This document shows positions 31,001 through 39,533 of a stretch of 64,000 nucleotides of DNA, one piece after another. The notes under the pieces were generated by a model that did no database searches, was not told where the DNA came from, and saw nothing but the letters and a program-made list of their open reading frames with translations. Numbering within the stretch: the stretch's first letter is position 1; each line of letters begins with the position of its first letter. The position numbers and the translations under genes are program-made. Source of the DNA: a virus; IMG/VR virus record IMGVR_UViG_3300024264_000023, positions 7,758-71,757 of that record, one strand, 5' to 3'.

Positions 31001-34000
31001 TAATAATGGTTTTGTCTTGACCAATAGTCTTAGCAGTTGCTAATGTATAAACTCCATTAGGTTGTTTAATAACATACTGATATCTTTCAGTATAACCTAA
31101 AGTGTTAGGACCTAGCATTTTACTCCACAAGCCATTTTGTAAACCTTCCTTAGCTTCTTTTTCTAATACTTTAAGTTCATCATCTATTAGATTGCTTATT
31201 ACTTCTGGTTCACCAACGGATTCTCCATTCTTATCTCTAGTAATATCATAAATAAGAATACCACCTTTTCCATCTGAAGAAAGACCTGCTTTATAAAAGT
31301 CACTTAATACTGTTAATGGGTTGTCTGTATTATAATCAGGGTAACCATCTTCTCTTACAATTGAAAAACCATTCTCCTTCAAACTTTCAAAAGTAATTTC
31401 AGTTATACCTGAAGCGTATTGTTTATTTAAGAAGTTTACTAAAACATCTTTTCTAGTTGTAGAATCAATTGCTTTTGCAAGCTCTTGTTCAATTGTTGTT
31501 TTAGATGTATCTACATTAAATATATTTTTAGCCAGATCTGTAGACATTGTAGAAGGTGTGAATTCATTTACACCCACTTTATATATATAAGAACTATTTG
31601 CAATGTTACCTATAATGCCATTATTCTTATCACTAATAGGTTGCAACCCTACGGCTTGTAATTTTTGGTTAACTTCAAGAAGAGTAAGCTCATCTTTAAT
31701 TCTTATCTGTATATTATAAGGTTCCCCTTTTGTAAGTATGTATTTATTTGGTTGAGCTACACCACCATAGCTAAATTGTGTTGCTGCTTTATTAGGATTA
31801 GGTTTTACATCAATTACTAAATTATTATAAACATTATCAGTTAGGTTGTTTATAATCCAGCTTAAACGTTTTTCAGCACTTTCCTTTGATTCACCTGCGT
31901 TTTCTCTTACATAAATATTAGCAATGTTATCTGCTGTTATCTTAGCAGTACCATCAGGAACTTTATCAACAATAAGTTTTTCATCATAGTAACGCTCACT
32001 AAAATCTAATTCAGACTCTGTTATTGCTTTTTGTTTTCTGTCAGCATAAGGTTTACCATAATCTTCTGGAGTAACTAACTGAATGTTATCTCCTAAAGGT
32101 CTATTTACTGCAACTCTAAATTCTTCTCCTGTAACTTTATCATATACAAATTGACCTCTTATAAGTGTAAGGCCATCAAACTTAAACGTAGAACCATCTG
32201 AATATTCTTCTTCTAGTATAGTAAACTGATCTAAAGCTGCTCTAGCATTGTTGTAAACACCTTGACCAGATATTGCATCTAATTGTACTGCTGATAAATC
32301 TGATCCATTGTTGTTTATTATTTTATATAATTTTTGATCTTCATCAGCTACATCTATTGATATAACTCTGAAATTAACTCCATCACCACCCTTAATGGCT
32401 TTTAAATTACTTTTCTTATTGATATTCCTGTTTGTAAAAATATCATAAGATAAATCTAGCTGTTTTAATATATCTTCTATAATAGGATTTTCAATAGCTT
32501 CTCTACTATCTAGATACTCTTGGAAACCTTTTTCTTCATCTATATCTCCTGCAGATGGTATTCTTGACCTTTCAACTAAATTGCCATATTCTTCAACTGT
32601 AGTTGAATAACCTTTTGCCCATACTCTCTTTATAGCAATAAAAGCTTTTTTAATTTTAAGAGCCTCGTTTGTTGCTGACCATTGTGAAAAATCTAATGGG
32701 TCTGAGGACTTGTCATTAGCTCTGTATTTTAGATACTGCTGTTTAAGTATTTCATTTAAGATGTTTGAATCAACTTGTTCATCTACCTCAACATCTATTC
32801 CAGCTTGTTGTAGTGTTTCTTCAATATCTAATATTTCTGCATTTGCCACAGCTTCATCAGATACTTCACTCTTTCTTTCTTGTTGAACTTTTACACCAAT
32901 GTAATTTTTAATTATTGCTACTGCTTTTGCTAATGACTCAGCATCTTTTATAACATTTGGATTTAAACGTCTGCCGTTTTGTATAAGCTTACCTTCATTT
33001 ACTCCTTGAAGTAAATCCTCTAAACTTATTTCATCTTGTAAAAATTCTCTTGCAAAGCTTTCTTCCATTAGAATATCTACTTCAGCTAATCCATTTAATA
33101 ATTTAGTTTTTTCAACACTATCTATAAATGCTTCAGTCTGTCTTTTATATATTGTCTTTCTATTTTTATATATATACTCAAGATATTCCGTGGCTCTTTC
33201 TTCTAATTGCTCTTGGACTTTTGGATTAGTTAAAAGGTCAACTGATTTACTATATGCAGAAGCATCTTCTTGTAAGGCTACATGATCAGTAATTAAAGTT
33301 AAAGCTTCTTTTATCTTACCGTAGTCTACAAAATCACTAGACTTGTCTGCTAATGCTTCAATATAGTTTTTAAATGCTGTATCTAAACCAGATGTTTTTA
33401 CTTTGTTTCTAGCAAAGTAACCTTTCTTTGTTAAGTTTTTAGGATCAGTAAATATCTTAAGATACTTTTCTAATGCTTTCTTTTTCTTTTGTTTTTTTGA
33501 TTTTAATTTATTCCCTTCTGTAGTATCCTCATATGCGTCTATCTCTGTTTCTAAAGTTTTGATCTCTTGTTCTATTGTATCTTTAGTGTATAGTAATCTT
33601 ATATCAGTTGCTCCTTGATTGGCAATAAGTGGTTCTGTTTCTAGTCTATTTTCTATTTCAGACTGTCTTATTGCTGCATTTTTAAAAGACTCATTAGTAA
33701 ACATATAAAGCAATTTTGTTTGCTCATATGCTTGAAGTTTAAAAGACTCTTTAATAAACTCCTCAGTACCTGGATCAAACTGTTTAGGATCATATTTAGT
33801 TGGAAAAATACCACCTAGATTATCAGTAACAGTTTTTCCAAAAGAATCTATTCTTTCTAATTGAGTTGATATTTTATTTCTTAATGATTTAGCACTTCTA
33901 CCGCTTCCTTTAAATGCATCAACTAACTCTTTATCATTTAGTTTATTTAAATTAACAAGATTGTCTTTTAAAAATACAATAGATCCTGTATCAAATGCTT

Positions 34001-36053
34001 TTTTTAATGCATCAAACTCAGCAAAATTTCTATTATCAAAATACTCTTTCTTATCACCCATTGCAATATTTAAGTTCATAAGACCTTGTTGTTGTTTTTG
34101 CAAAGTCAACTTCAATTGGTTCTCACTTAATATAGCTTCTAATGGTTTTTCAGCATTCATCTGCTGATCATTAATCTTATTGATGTAATTGACAACATCG
34201 TCTACTGCTTTTTCTCTTGCAGCATTATACTCAGTATAAGGATCTGCTGCTGTCTCACCTTCTTTAACTGTACTTTTATTATAAATAGATTGGCCTTTTC
34301 TGAATATAGCAGGCATTCCCTGAAATAATACTTGTTGGTAAGGACCAGCTAAACCACCCATAAAAAATCCAGATGCAAATACTTCTGCCCCTTCTTTTGA
34401 AAATACATTACCTACAGCCTGCTGACCAAAAGCACCATAGGTAGATGGTGCACCTGCTAAAGGATCTCTTAATAAAGAACTATAATATCCAATAGTAGCA
34501 GCAGATATTGCTTCCTGAGAAACTTCTTGTACACCTTCAGCCAAATTAGCTGCTGCATACTTTAACATCTGACTACCTAATACTTTAGGAACACCTTTCC
34601 AGCCTTGAGTTTTAAATGCTAAATTTAGTTCTTGAGGTATACGTTTAAATAAATACTTTTCTGCTTTTATTGCTTTACCACCTGTTCCTCTTAAAACTCT
34701 TTGTGCTTCTTGATTTAGTTTTCTTTGCCAACCCCCAAATGCATTTTTTAATACTATTCTATTTGATGCATGTATAATTAAGAAGTTTCTCATTTGAGCT
34801 TTGAAAGCTCCTTCAGCAGCTTTTATTCTTGTATTTTTAGCTTGCTCTTCTGTAATACCTTTTCCGGCTCCATTCTTATAATTGAAATAATTTAAACCAT
34901 TCATTTCAATTTGATTAAATACCATACCTGCTTCCATTTTAGACTCAGACATTGAAGCATTAACCATTCTCATATCTCTATAAAACGCACCAAATACATG
35001 TGTATTCTTTCCTATGTTAAGTAAATTCTTTGCTGTGTTACCTGTAGTCTTCCAGTTTTTAATAGCATGAGTTAACTCTGGTGCTACAAATTTTAATCCT
35101 GCTGAAGCAACACCTCTTGATACATTATAAAAACTTCTTGCATTCTCAATATTTTTTAGTGTTTTTACTAAATCTCTTGATGCCTTTGCTGCTCTAGATA
35201 CGTCAAAAAGATTACCTAGTTTTCTTAAGTTGTTTAGAGTGCCAGCCCCAAATGCAGCCCAGCTACTACCTCCACTTGGTAGGGTACCAGCAGCTGCAGC
35301 CGCAGCCATTATAACTTCTTCAAAGGCTACTGATGCTACAATCCCTGCAGTATAACCAAAATTAAGACCTAAGTTTCCTGCTTTACCAATAAAAGAACCA
35401 TCAGTACTACCTCCTATTCTCATTGCATCTTCCATTTCATATGCGGAAGTTAAATCTGGAGAACTCAAATAATCATCACCATCAAAGAAATCCGCAATTG
35501 ATCTGTAACTTGATACAAATCCTGTACCAGCAAGATGTTGAAACTGCTCCCATCCTCTTTGCCATCCATCATAAGCTGTCATGTTTTGATTATAGACATC
35601 ATCCATATCTGCATATGGTGTAAAGCCTATATCACCAAAAGCTTCTGACTGATACTGTCTATCAAAATTTAAAGATCTAACATTTTCAAATATAGGTTTC
35701 CCTAAAGCACCCTCTTCCTTTACCATAGGAGACCCGATTGATTTTATCAGGCTATCCATTTGAGACTCATAAGTATCAGTATTCTGATTTGGTAGAGTTG
35801 AGAATGTAGGAGAAGGTAGGTCACTATTAATATTACCCATATTAATAGGTCCAAATTTATCTATATCAGTTTGATAAGCAGATATCATATTTTTATACTC
35901 ATCACTGACAGCTGTTGGATCATCATCCATTATATCAGTAATAGATACATAAGGCTTAGATGAATCAATAGGATTCAAAGCTGTAGTATCTGCTAGTATT
36001 TGATCTGTTAAGTTATTCCCTGAACTAGGTAAATTTTTGTTTACTTCTTCCAT
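22044..36053 (-). CDS. Virion-associated DNA-dependent RNA polymerase polyprotein (crAss-like/phi14:2 gp66 type)
   Basis: 4669 aa; RIPSQ...SGADFDIDK catalytic loop at about 25408-25431; KRAKG and DAQ motifs; HEAFH zincin motif at about 29880; NADAR-like domain near the C-terminus. Confidence 0.9.
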   Translation of the reverse strand: MEEVNKNLPSSGNNLTDQILADTTALNPIDSSKPYVSITDIMDDDPTAVSDEYKNMISAYQTDIDKFGPINMGNINSDLPSPTFSTLPNQNTDTYESQMDSLIKSIGSPMVKEEGALGKPIFENVRSLNFDRQYQSEAFGDIGFTPYADMDDVYNQNMTAYDGWQRGWEQFQHLAGTGFVSSYRSIADFFDGDDYLSSPDLTSAYEMEDAMRIGGSTDGSFIGKAGNLGLNFGYTAGIVASVAFEEVIMAAAAAAGTLPSGGSSWAAFGAGTLNNLRKLGNLFDVSRAAKASRDLVKTLKNIENARSFYNVSRGVASAGLKFVAPELTHAIKNWKTTGNTAKNLLNIGKNTHVFGAFYRDMRMVNASMSESKMEAGMVFNQIEMNGLNYFNYKNGAGKGITEEQAKNTRIKAAEGAFKAQMRNFLIIHASNRIVLKNAFGGWQRKLNQEAQRVLRGTGGKAIKAEKYLFKRIPQELNLAFKTQGWKGVPKVLGSQMLKYAAANLAEGVQEVSQEAISAATIGYYSSLLRDPLAGAPSTYGAFGQQAVGNVFSKEGAEVFASGFFMGGLAGPYQQVLFQGMPAIFRKGQSIYNKSTVKEGETAADPYTEYNAAREKAVDDVVNYINKINDQQMNAEKPLEAILSENQLKLTLQKQQQGLMNLNIAMGDKKEYFDNRNFAEFDALKKAFDTGSIVFLKDNLVNLNKLNDKELVDAFKGSGRSAKSLRNKISTQLERIDSFGKTVTDNLGGIFPTKYDPKQFDPGTEEFIKESFKLQAYEQTKLLYMFTNESFKNAAIRQSEIENRLETEPLIANQGATDIRLLYTKDTIEQEIKTLETEIDAYEDTTEGNKLKSKKQKKKKALEKYLKIFTDPKNLTKKGYFARNKVKTSGLDTAFKNYIEALADKSSDFVDYGKIKEALTLITDHVALQEDASAYSKSVDLLTNPKVQEQLEERATEYLEYIYKNRKTIYKRQTEAFIDSVEKTKLLNGLAEVDILMEESFAREFLQDEISLEDLLQGVNEGKLIQNGRRLNPNVIKDAESLAKAVAIIKNYIGVKVQQERKSEVSDEAVANAEILDIEETLQQAGIDVEVDEQVDSNILNEILKQQYLKYRANDKSSDPLDFSQWSATNEALKIKKAFIAIKRVWAKGYSTTVEEYGNLVERSRIPSAGDIDEEKGFQEYLDSREAIENPIIEDILKQLDLSYDIFTNRNINKKSNLKAIKGGDGVNFRVISIDVADEDQKLYKIINNNGSDLSAVQLDAISGQGVYNNARAALDQFTILEEEYSDGSTFKFDGLTLIRGQFVYDKVTGEEFRVAVNRPLGDNIQLVTPEDYGKPYADRKQKAITESELDFSERYYDEKLIVDKVPDGTAKITADNIANIYVRENAGESKESAEKRLSWIINNLTDNVYNNLVIDVKPNPNKAATQFSYGGVAQPNKYILTKGEPYNIQIRIKDELTLLEVNQKLQAVGLQPISDKNNGIIGNIANSSYIYKVGVNEFTPSTMSTDLAKNIFNVDTSKTTIEQELAKAIDSTTRKDVLVNFLNKQYASGITEITFESLKENGFSIVREDGYPDYNTDNPLTVLSDFYKAGLSSDGKGGILIYDITRDKNGESVGEPEVISNLIDDELKVLEKEAKEGLQNGLWSKMLGPNTLGYTERYQYVIKQPNGVYTLATAKTIGQDKTIISQFVTGMMDKVIELKEGNKEKNIKPSINEKGNYINGQTQQTVGQEIDVFNLENNKSIRIAMVPGFDVTINVAPFGKIRAVVEKNRSKITTTYLELSEIKASSDPLKQLNDLLKKINADLDVAGYDTVNISLNQFTTSLSLNADVQTTLESLGTKLSPRVRRNSKLNFETTSAANQASFDKDVNLSAEDNTNKILNLGDKITTNAVFTETLAFTDAEGNPIPVGEEKTATSTDGSIDLASITQSPLDQLNVKLKEIEDTTKKEVGARGLTKALRNDPVYQKLKQARDKLISNKVVTNFTAEDVQSLNDFTVWAQNNLPDSITLADINVLGSNLLKGGVRVGGFALNMNALAGNLKIGGTIYTGASNPFKYHEAFHAVYRLLLTPEEQVKLRAIARKEVRSKLRKENKSFTKELQKFKNTSEQYDNLSLKELQNLFYEEYMADEFNKFKLNPRDTNTDSVVKSWFTKLLDWIKGIFSKYTKTQLQSLYENIDSGRYAQAESVSNEFTDNYSNEIVIANAVIPYEQVQVGTSKGQLFLDSSVANNIVLTMAATFVERQQQDPKVSREDRMSEILDDFEWLYSVDNPSNQSNMNDGERSKLLQKITDSFIYSNSYEDLTESPYYKAAFDVLDTIDFQKAEEVEEADSLEQDQGLRNVTQYGKEAYLNGSFSSLSSYFRKYLATITRAESDIFGNTTITRKDNREEKLIVPINVYNTYNGIMKAMEGRTEPMEIVQSLALFSTSNPDTKAAVNKIFTDLGITMGESVSDMVLPTKIKNSILFNQLKAFSNFKVEWLFQKTDNNGSLITFSAAERDDANTQLSLWSQAYTSLLQEWKIKPKERNSAVKSVSSLRQVLLSGKKFNDQKLDDSSKNAAKQIFDNTGISLSPQYIKFSILKSNGTNEKHPDQELLLSLNTNAEPITAEQLYFISEIIKSKETAHELYSDEKGAAGRLKSMAVNNAIFDESIGLSVFKNVNGDLVNAHQKPTYHLKRIKELNYPAKLQELSEKEYLSNNYLLNNDKFKAMSDANMLSVQRVSGVAEVKTLDRDVDYDQYISGVLNTTEYGSFTAGQFMANLINNYTLDFNPKTNKLKKSVVVNQETGLVEQIATSPIQIRILESSNTNDMTTLPVTIAVSGKNADITDTIIDASFDFVKNEYDRIVREQGENRTKDSYKGYDDRKLSFVNNSDLISEELRKSLEVSAQQKVGETLEKHLTFKEALKNNELSEKQFKDQLRNNLEIKYKRFKSLYDTLKIDNKISNEIKSGIVQDRTGVDRANAVAAAEKLNLRKDLDYNLRQIFFNDYINTKSINELLLGDQALILKDSVDKIKRAKGQNAAFDNVYTNMVDTNLGVDTMTENISVLTFDDPILNSWFTGQGIERADAQVYLTTKAFRNFWFGLGKLTKSQADVITKIERGERITSSDIFDEGGLIQTDGMLNSKKFVHFDGEQFIKMSAFVLSPSFTSIDTGKKDNDGNVIWEENPLRPELHKLREDLETIQRNTGNVAIATPVSAQKMAKKNVQLLDESISEPSSIISAKDFGLQVVNPSNKNSVTEVSQIKLLATNEQEDSQQVNIPGYPALTNIKKVKAFYNDALKKRVVLKFKNKRNLVFTFDGVMSEFNVSKERNNLTPDLASFLSYAINSLKASKSSSNVIEFFSIDPVSGQPKFDFNNPLAIAKAEQLFLSYFTKGVFQEKIPGHGLALVSDFGNNIYRRVFSVEEIKDEAGNSKFLPLRHEVIRESDAVRMKALDVKQFSMAELAQKQIPKEGIVVIDRLRYGLQEFDDKGRSTKQRYSESMMPAHFKDVFEKVAEKGGAIPEMIAKMFAVRIPSQDNHSTMNIKLVDFMPVYYGSSAMFAAELVEVSGADFDIDKVYTQILEYYYSKEEKKFFQYGATQGRQYKDYVEYINTKVKQDTIYAEALKSFKVQGSRLEDSYDDNFIIDQMFTDDALKAVTRLGLPVTKAQYQKYKEEYGEPYEAPINNAVLNMRYALMGNEAVQDISYTPATLDAVKEAYASLEKFAPGYTQSMNGSEVDVDDINGKVISFINNKGAAIGRAVSPNLAISLLSEYKIKLPGELQFSILNKPYTGFDTATTTEGKRKQDTISAIITMLTDNSKENFMSKLGMHKQAVPRAVTMVALGIPLSDAILILNSKIARDLFEQASNKIQKFDAGFKGLVNQELAFKQGQIKDGKILGIDLSTGIKTREDLGGLVEGGGSFKQELELLEILSTVNTINEFIGNMNSLTGISGSAGLGKNFADIASIKKDLQKIGAIEKIGENPVIDISRILENSFVKQNLDIFNEITNELLPQVFLTATPVFNELYEKLEKSFAVDAITFNEETEQKIRRDMLSYFTIKAYMHNNANTQDKDAGTLSNKLIYPMVDAQNIYDSIRRLNAADNDNFFLKSFVTQLPVNAESNKTGINILAANTWRNLNKLQKIDLQTSFAKLYGNPATRKDASTIVNYIMVKDGLQLSKDSLLEAISPFVMDSYLQQIETAKESLLNDKDYKDAFGLTKDELFNEFENGYLSSNVGMFNLTFKEVRTDVDGSSDTQTSIKGKTALSKDGVLTLSAPKNSQVDGAFVFENQPKYLRYYTETDTGFGVERSNKLFLLREDQEKSTSFMYDEVPFMGSNYQNAIGFMFGARDTYATVRNNISNKTDIIGNIEDMLGIDQVIDSLDIENLNLDRSKSISARALRTESANVSATEDSVEFQIDSAAVPVNIAQVNADTLLESLTTPTEQTSKVEISSNAKGLAAALTNPTELAKSKGNLAESYPITFNGKNYKDVEAAYQALKDKSEARTKPTKENSNNYRLMVDLISAKLEQHPRLISSITEKGGVDWISSSTHQPTKQNTVWETGGQDWFIESLADAYRSTQPATQSREQANIKTETEGILSAENNMPELTSKQNEQLDLFDAALEDKYPLITVFYNETINAPYIADEFTEMRKNLADNNIVSLKDLTALYENETLSYEGKTEEEKIKNFLEEIKRCNL

Positions 36054-36063
36054 GTTGATTTAC

Positions 36064-39000
36064 TTATTCGTTTGTTTTGCTATTAATTTTAGCAAAGTCT
36101 AATGCTTGTTGATATTGGCGTTCATATTCTGCTTCTGACAAACCTGGGTTGTTAGTCTTAAATCCTTCTATCCATTTTACTTTAGAAAGATCTTTAGCTC
36201 TCATATCATACATTTTAAGATTATTGTTACTATTGGTTAACTCAAGCACTTGTTTAATATTATTATATTTTTCATTAAGACCTACAGTATAATTCTCTCC
36301 TGGATCATAAATAATATTTTGAACAATTTGTTTAGTTTTATATTGCTTTGCTGAATTATTAGATGTAGGGTCATAGGTATTAACATTCATTGTTACTTGA
36401 ATCTTACCGGGAACAATCTCTTTAAATATAACATTACCCGGAGAAAATATTTGACCTGGTATTGAATACTTAAATGTTCCGTTTTCACTTAAATCTAATC
36501 TTTTTTTAATGTTTGAACCCTCAGCACTTTTTGCATAGCTGCCCGGACTAATATCTTTATCTCTTGGAAATAAAAACACAAACCCTTCTTTATTCATTTT
36601 TTTTGCTATTATATACTGATCAGCATTAAGAGGAGAAGCACCACCATCAGGGTCTAAAGCTTCTATAAATTTTTGGTCTATTTCAGATATTTTATATCCT
36701 GCCATAGGAGTTGAAATTTTTTTACCTTCATCATCAAATCTATCTGGACCAATATTTTGAAAGTATTCTATTTTATATTTTGAATCTACATCTCCTCCTT
36801 TTAGTACTAATTCATTAAATAAAATTCTTCCTGCTATAGCTTCATTACTAGTTACATCTGGAGCTAAAATATTAATATCAGTTATATCTTCTATTGTATT
36901 TGGCAATTCCATAATTACCCCACCTATTTGAGTTGGATCTGCATAAGTTTGTCTAAACTGATTGATCATTGTATTTGTTACTCTTTCTGCATCAGAATTT
37001 GGTAAAGGGGTGCCATTGGTATAAACGCTTTCTGTTTGTGTAAAACCCATGTTAGTTCCAGGAAGACCTAATACTTGTCTTTGTATTTGCAAATATGTTT
37101 TATAGTCTTGAGACCCAAAATTTTTCTGCATCTGTGTGACAAGCTTATCATATATATACGCAGACTTACCTTTAATAGCATCTTCATCTGGTTTATTCAC
37201 TATCACTGGAACAGGCATTGTTCCTGTCGAAGCCTTCACAGGAAGTAATGTCACTTGTTTGTCATACCAATCTGGATTACTATCCCCATCACTTGTTTGA
37301 CCAAAGCCTTCTCCATCAAAGTTTTCTATTTCCCCTTTAAGAGCCATATCTCTGAATTTTTTCATGTACTCATTTCTAGGCATGACTCTCTTAATACCAT
37401 TATCAATTACATATGGTGTTGGATAGTTTAATTCAGTAATCATTTTTTTAAAATCCTTATCCGTTTCTTGAATGGCTGCTGATGCTGCTGTAGCATTATT
37501 ATAAAATGCTTCACCATTTTTTACAACCATTTGATTAAAAAGCTTTTCATCCTCAAAGTATCCTTGTTGAGATGGATTTGTAGGATCAGAGTTATAAAGT
37601 TTATTTTGAATTAGTCTGTAATCAGTTTGATTATCATCATCTGTATTTCTAACTCCATCATCTCCTATTAACCAGTTGGGATGTTGTTGATATACATTCT
37701 CTTCATTGTCTGGTGAAAAATAATCAGTCATTTCTGTGAATATTCTGTCTATAGCAGCATAGTTTTGTAACTTGTCTGAATCTTCTTCTTGCTGAGTCTT
37801 TGGGTTATAAACTTTTTGTTTAGTAGCTAAAAATTCTTTAAGTCTTTTAGAATTCATTTGCTCCATAACAGGCTCATCTACTGTTCCTGTATTAATAGTA
37901 TAAGTTTCAGCGCCAGGATATCTTGCAGCAAACATATCTACAATAAGATCATTCTTGCGTGACATCATCTGCTTTTGCTTAGTAGCTATTGCATTTTCAT
38001 TTTCATTTATATAATTATCTTTTATTATTTCACCATCATCATCAAGTTGAAATATAGAGGAAGTTGTATTACCATATGTAGTTGTTGATCTAGATCTATT
38101 TCTTTCTGTTTTACTACTGTTATCACCCTTATTGGCTTTTTCAATTGCACCTTTTAATTGTTCTAAAGCTACATCTTCTTCATACTGTTGTTGACTTAAT
38201 TTAAATGACTCTTCATAGTCTTGTTTAGATTGTTCACTGTCAAAGTAAGCTCTTGTTTTAATTTCATTTAATGTATATCGGTGTTTTAGCTCATCTTGCT
38301 TTAATTGATTTACTTCTAATTCAGTACTAGAGTCTAAATATGAATACTGGCGTGCAGCTTCCATAGTATCTTGCATCATATATTGTTGGCCTAACATTGC
38401 GTATGCCTTACTCAGTGATGCGGTATTATCAACATCATTCATTGCTAAAAACTCTGATCCTTGTAACTTTCTGTCTAAGTCTGCTTGTAATTGTTCTACT
38501 GCTGATTTATTATTTTCAAGTATAGTTTTTTCTGCAGGTAATAAACCTGAACCTCCTCTTACAGATTCCCAAGTAACCGTGGCATTTCGTCTTTTGTCTA
38601 TATCTTTTTTTAGATCCTCTTGTTGGTTAAAGTTAATCTCTTCTAATACTTTAAGTTGTTCACTAGCCCAAAGTTGTAAGCCTTCTTGTTTTGATTGAAC
38701 ACCTCCTGCTTCTAATGCATTATTAGCAAATCTCATGCTTTCTACATATGTTCTTGTATCATACCATTGTCTTACTCTAGGATCATCTAGTAGATCTGTC
38801 ATAATCATATTCCTTGCTAGACCTTCTATAAGTTTACCATTCTTATCAGTGATTAAAAAATTACCAGCACCTTTTCCATCTTTATCTCCAAAACTTGGAT
38901 ACTCAACCGTCATTGTGAGACCCTTCTCTTTTAAATAATCTTTAGCTGTTCTTACTAAATCAGCATCTTCAACAAACTTAGGTAAAGCCATACCTAAAGT

Positions 39001-39474
39001 TGCAGCTCTATCTGCCTCTTGAAACTCTTGCATTCTAAATTGCATTGCTTCCATAGCAATAGGGTTAAACTTTTGACGTACTTCAAAGTCTGCACTATTA
39101 GCCAGTTGGCTAGCATATCTTAATTGATCTTTATAAGTAGAAGTATATACTATATCTTTTACAACACGCTCATCTTCAAAAAAAGGAGCAAACACCCCTT
39201 TAGCTGCATTTACGTTTTGTTGTATGGAAAAATCTAATCCAGATATCTTTTGTAATTTTGGAGTTAGATCTTCTATAAACTGTTTTTGAAACTGTCTATT
39301 TTCTTCTTGACTTAAATCAGAATACATTCTGCTATATGTATCATTAGCAGCCTCCCAACCAGATAAATATTTACTTTCTCTTGCATCCAATGTTGCAGAG
39401 AGAAACTTATAATCAGGTGTAAATGATTTAATCTCTGGGTAAAAATTCTTTTCTCCTTTTAAAAATGTAGCCAT
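36064..39474 (-). CDS. Large virion core/ejection protein
   Basis: 1136 aa, helical N-terminus, directly upstream of the RNAP gene. Confidence 0.65.
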   Translation of the reverse strand: MATFLKGEKNFYPEIKSFTPDYKFLSATLDARESKYLSGWEAANDTYSRMYSDLSQEENRQFQKQFIEDLTPKLQKISGLDFSIQQNVNAAKGVFAPFFEDERVVKDIVYTSTYKDQLRYASQLANSADFEVRQKFNPIAMEAMQFRMQEFQEADRAATLGMALPKFVEDADLVRTAKDYLKEKGLTMTVEYPSFGDKDGKGAGNFLITDKNGKLIEGLARNMIMTDLLDDPRVRQWYDTRTYVESMRFANNALEAGGVQSKQEGLQLWASEQLKVLEEINFNQQEDLKKDIDKRRNATVTWESVRGGSGLLPAEKTILENNKSAVEQLQADLDRKLQGSEFLAMNDVDNTASLSKAYAMLGQQYMMQDTMEAARQYSYLDSSTELEVNQLKQDELKHRYTLNEIKTRAYFDSEQSKQDYEESFKLSQQQYEEDVALEQLKGAIEKANKGDNSSKTERNRSRSTTTYGNTTSSIFQLDDDGEIIKDNYINENENAIATKQKQMMSRKNDLIVDMFAARYPGAETYTINTGTVDEPVMEQMNSKRLKEFLATKQKVYNPKTQQEEDSDKLQNYAAIDRIFTEMTDYFSPDNEENVYQQHPNWLIGDDGVRNTDDDNQTDYRLIQNKLYNSDPTNPSQQGYFEDEKLFNQMVVKNGEAFYNNATAASAAIQETDKDFKKMITELNYPTPYVIDNGIKRVMPRNEYMKKFRDMALKGEIENFDGEGFGQTSDGDSNPDWYDKQVTLLPVKASTGTMPVPVIVNKPDEDAIKGKSAYIYDKLVTQMQKNFGSQDYKTYLQIQRQVLGLPGTNMGFTQTESVYTNGTPLPNSDAERVTNTMINQFRQTYADPTQIGGVIMELPNTIEDITDINILAPDVTSNEAIAGRILFNELVLKGGDVDSKYKIEYFQNIGPDRFDDEGKKISTPMAGYKISEIDQKFIEALDPDGGASPLNADQYIIAKKMNKEGFVFLFPRDKDISPGSYAKSAEGSNIKKRLDLSENGTFKYSIPGQIFSPGNVIFKEIVPGKIQVTMNVNTYDPTSNNSAKQYKTKQIVQNIIYDPGENYTVGLNEKYNNIKQVLELTNSNNNLKMYDMRAKDLSKVKWIEGFKTNNPGLSEAEYERQYQQALDFAKINSKTNE

Positions 39475-39533
39475 AATTCAAATTTACTATAATTTATAAG
39501 GTTTACCTACCAAAATAAATAAACCTTTAATGT

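Noticed and set aside
12995-36053. Inteins or group I introns in RNR or RNAP
   Set aside because: The RNR subunits are compact and uninterrupted, and no clear intein splice or homing endonuclease motifs were recognised in the RNAP. This was judged by eye only.
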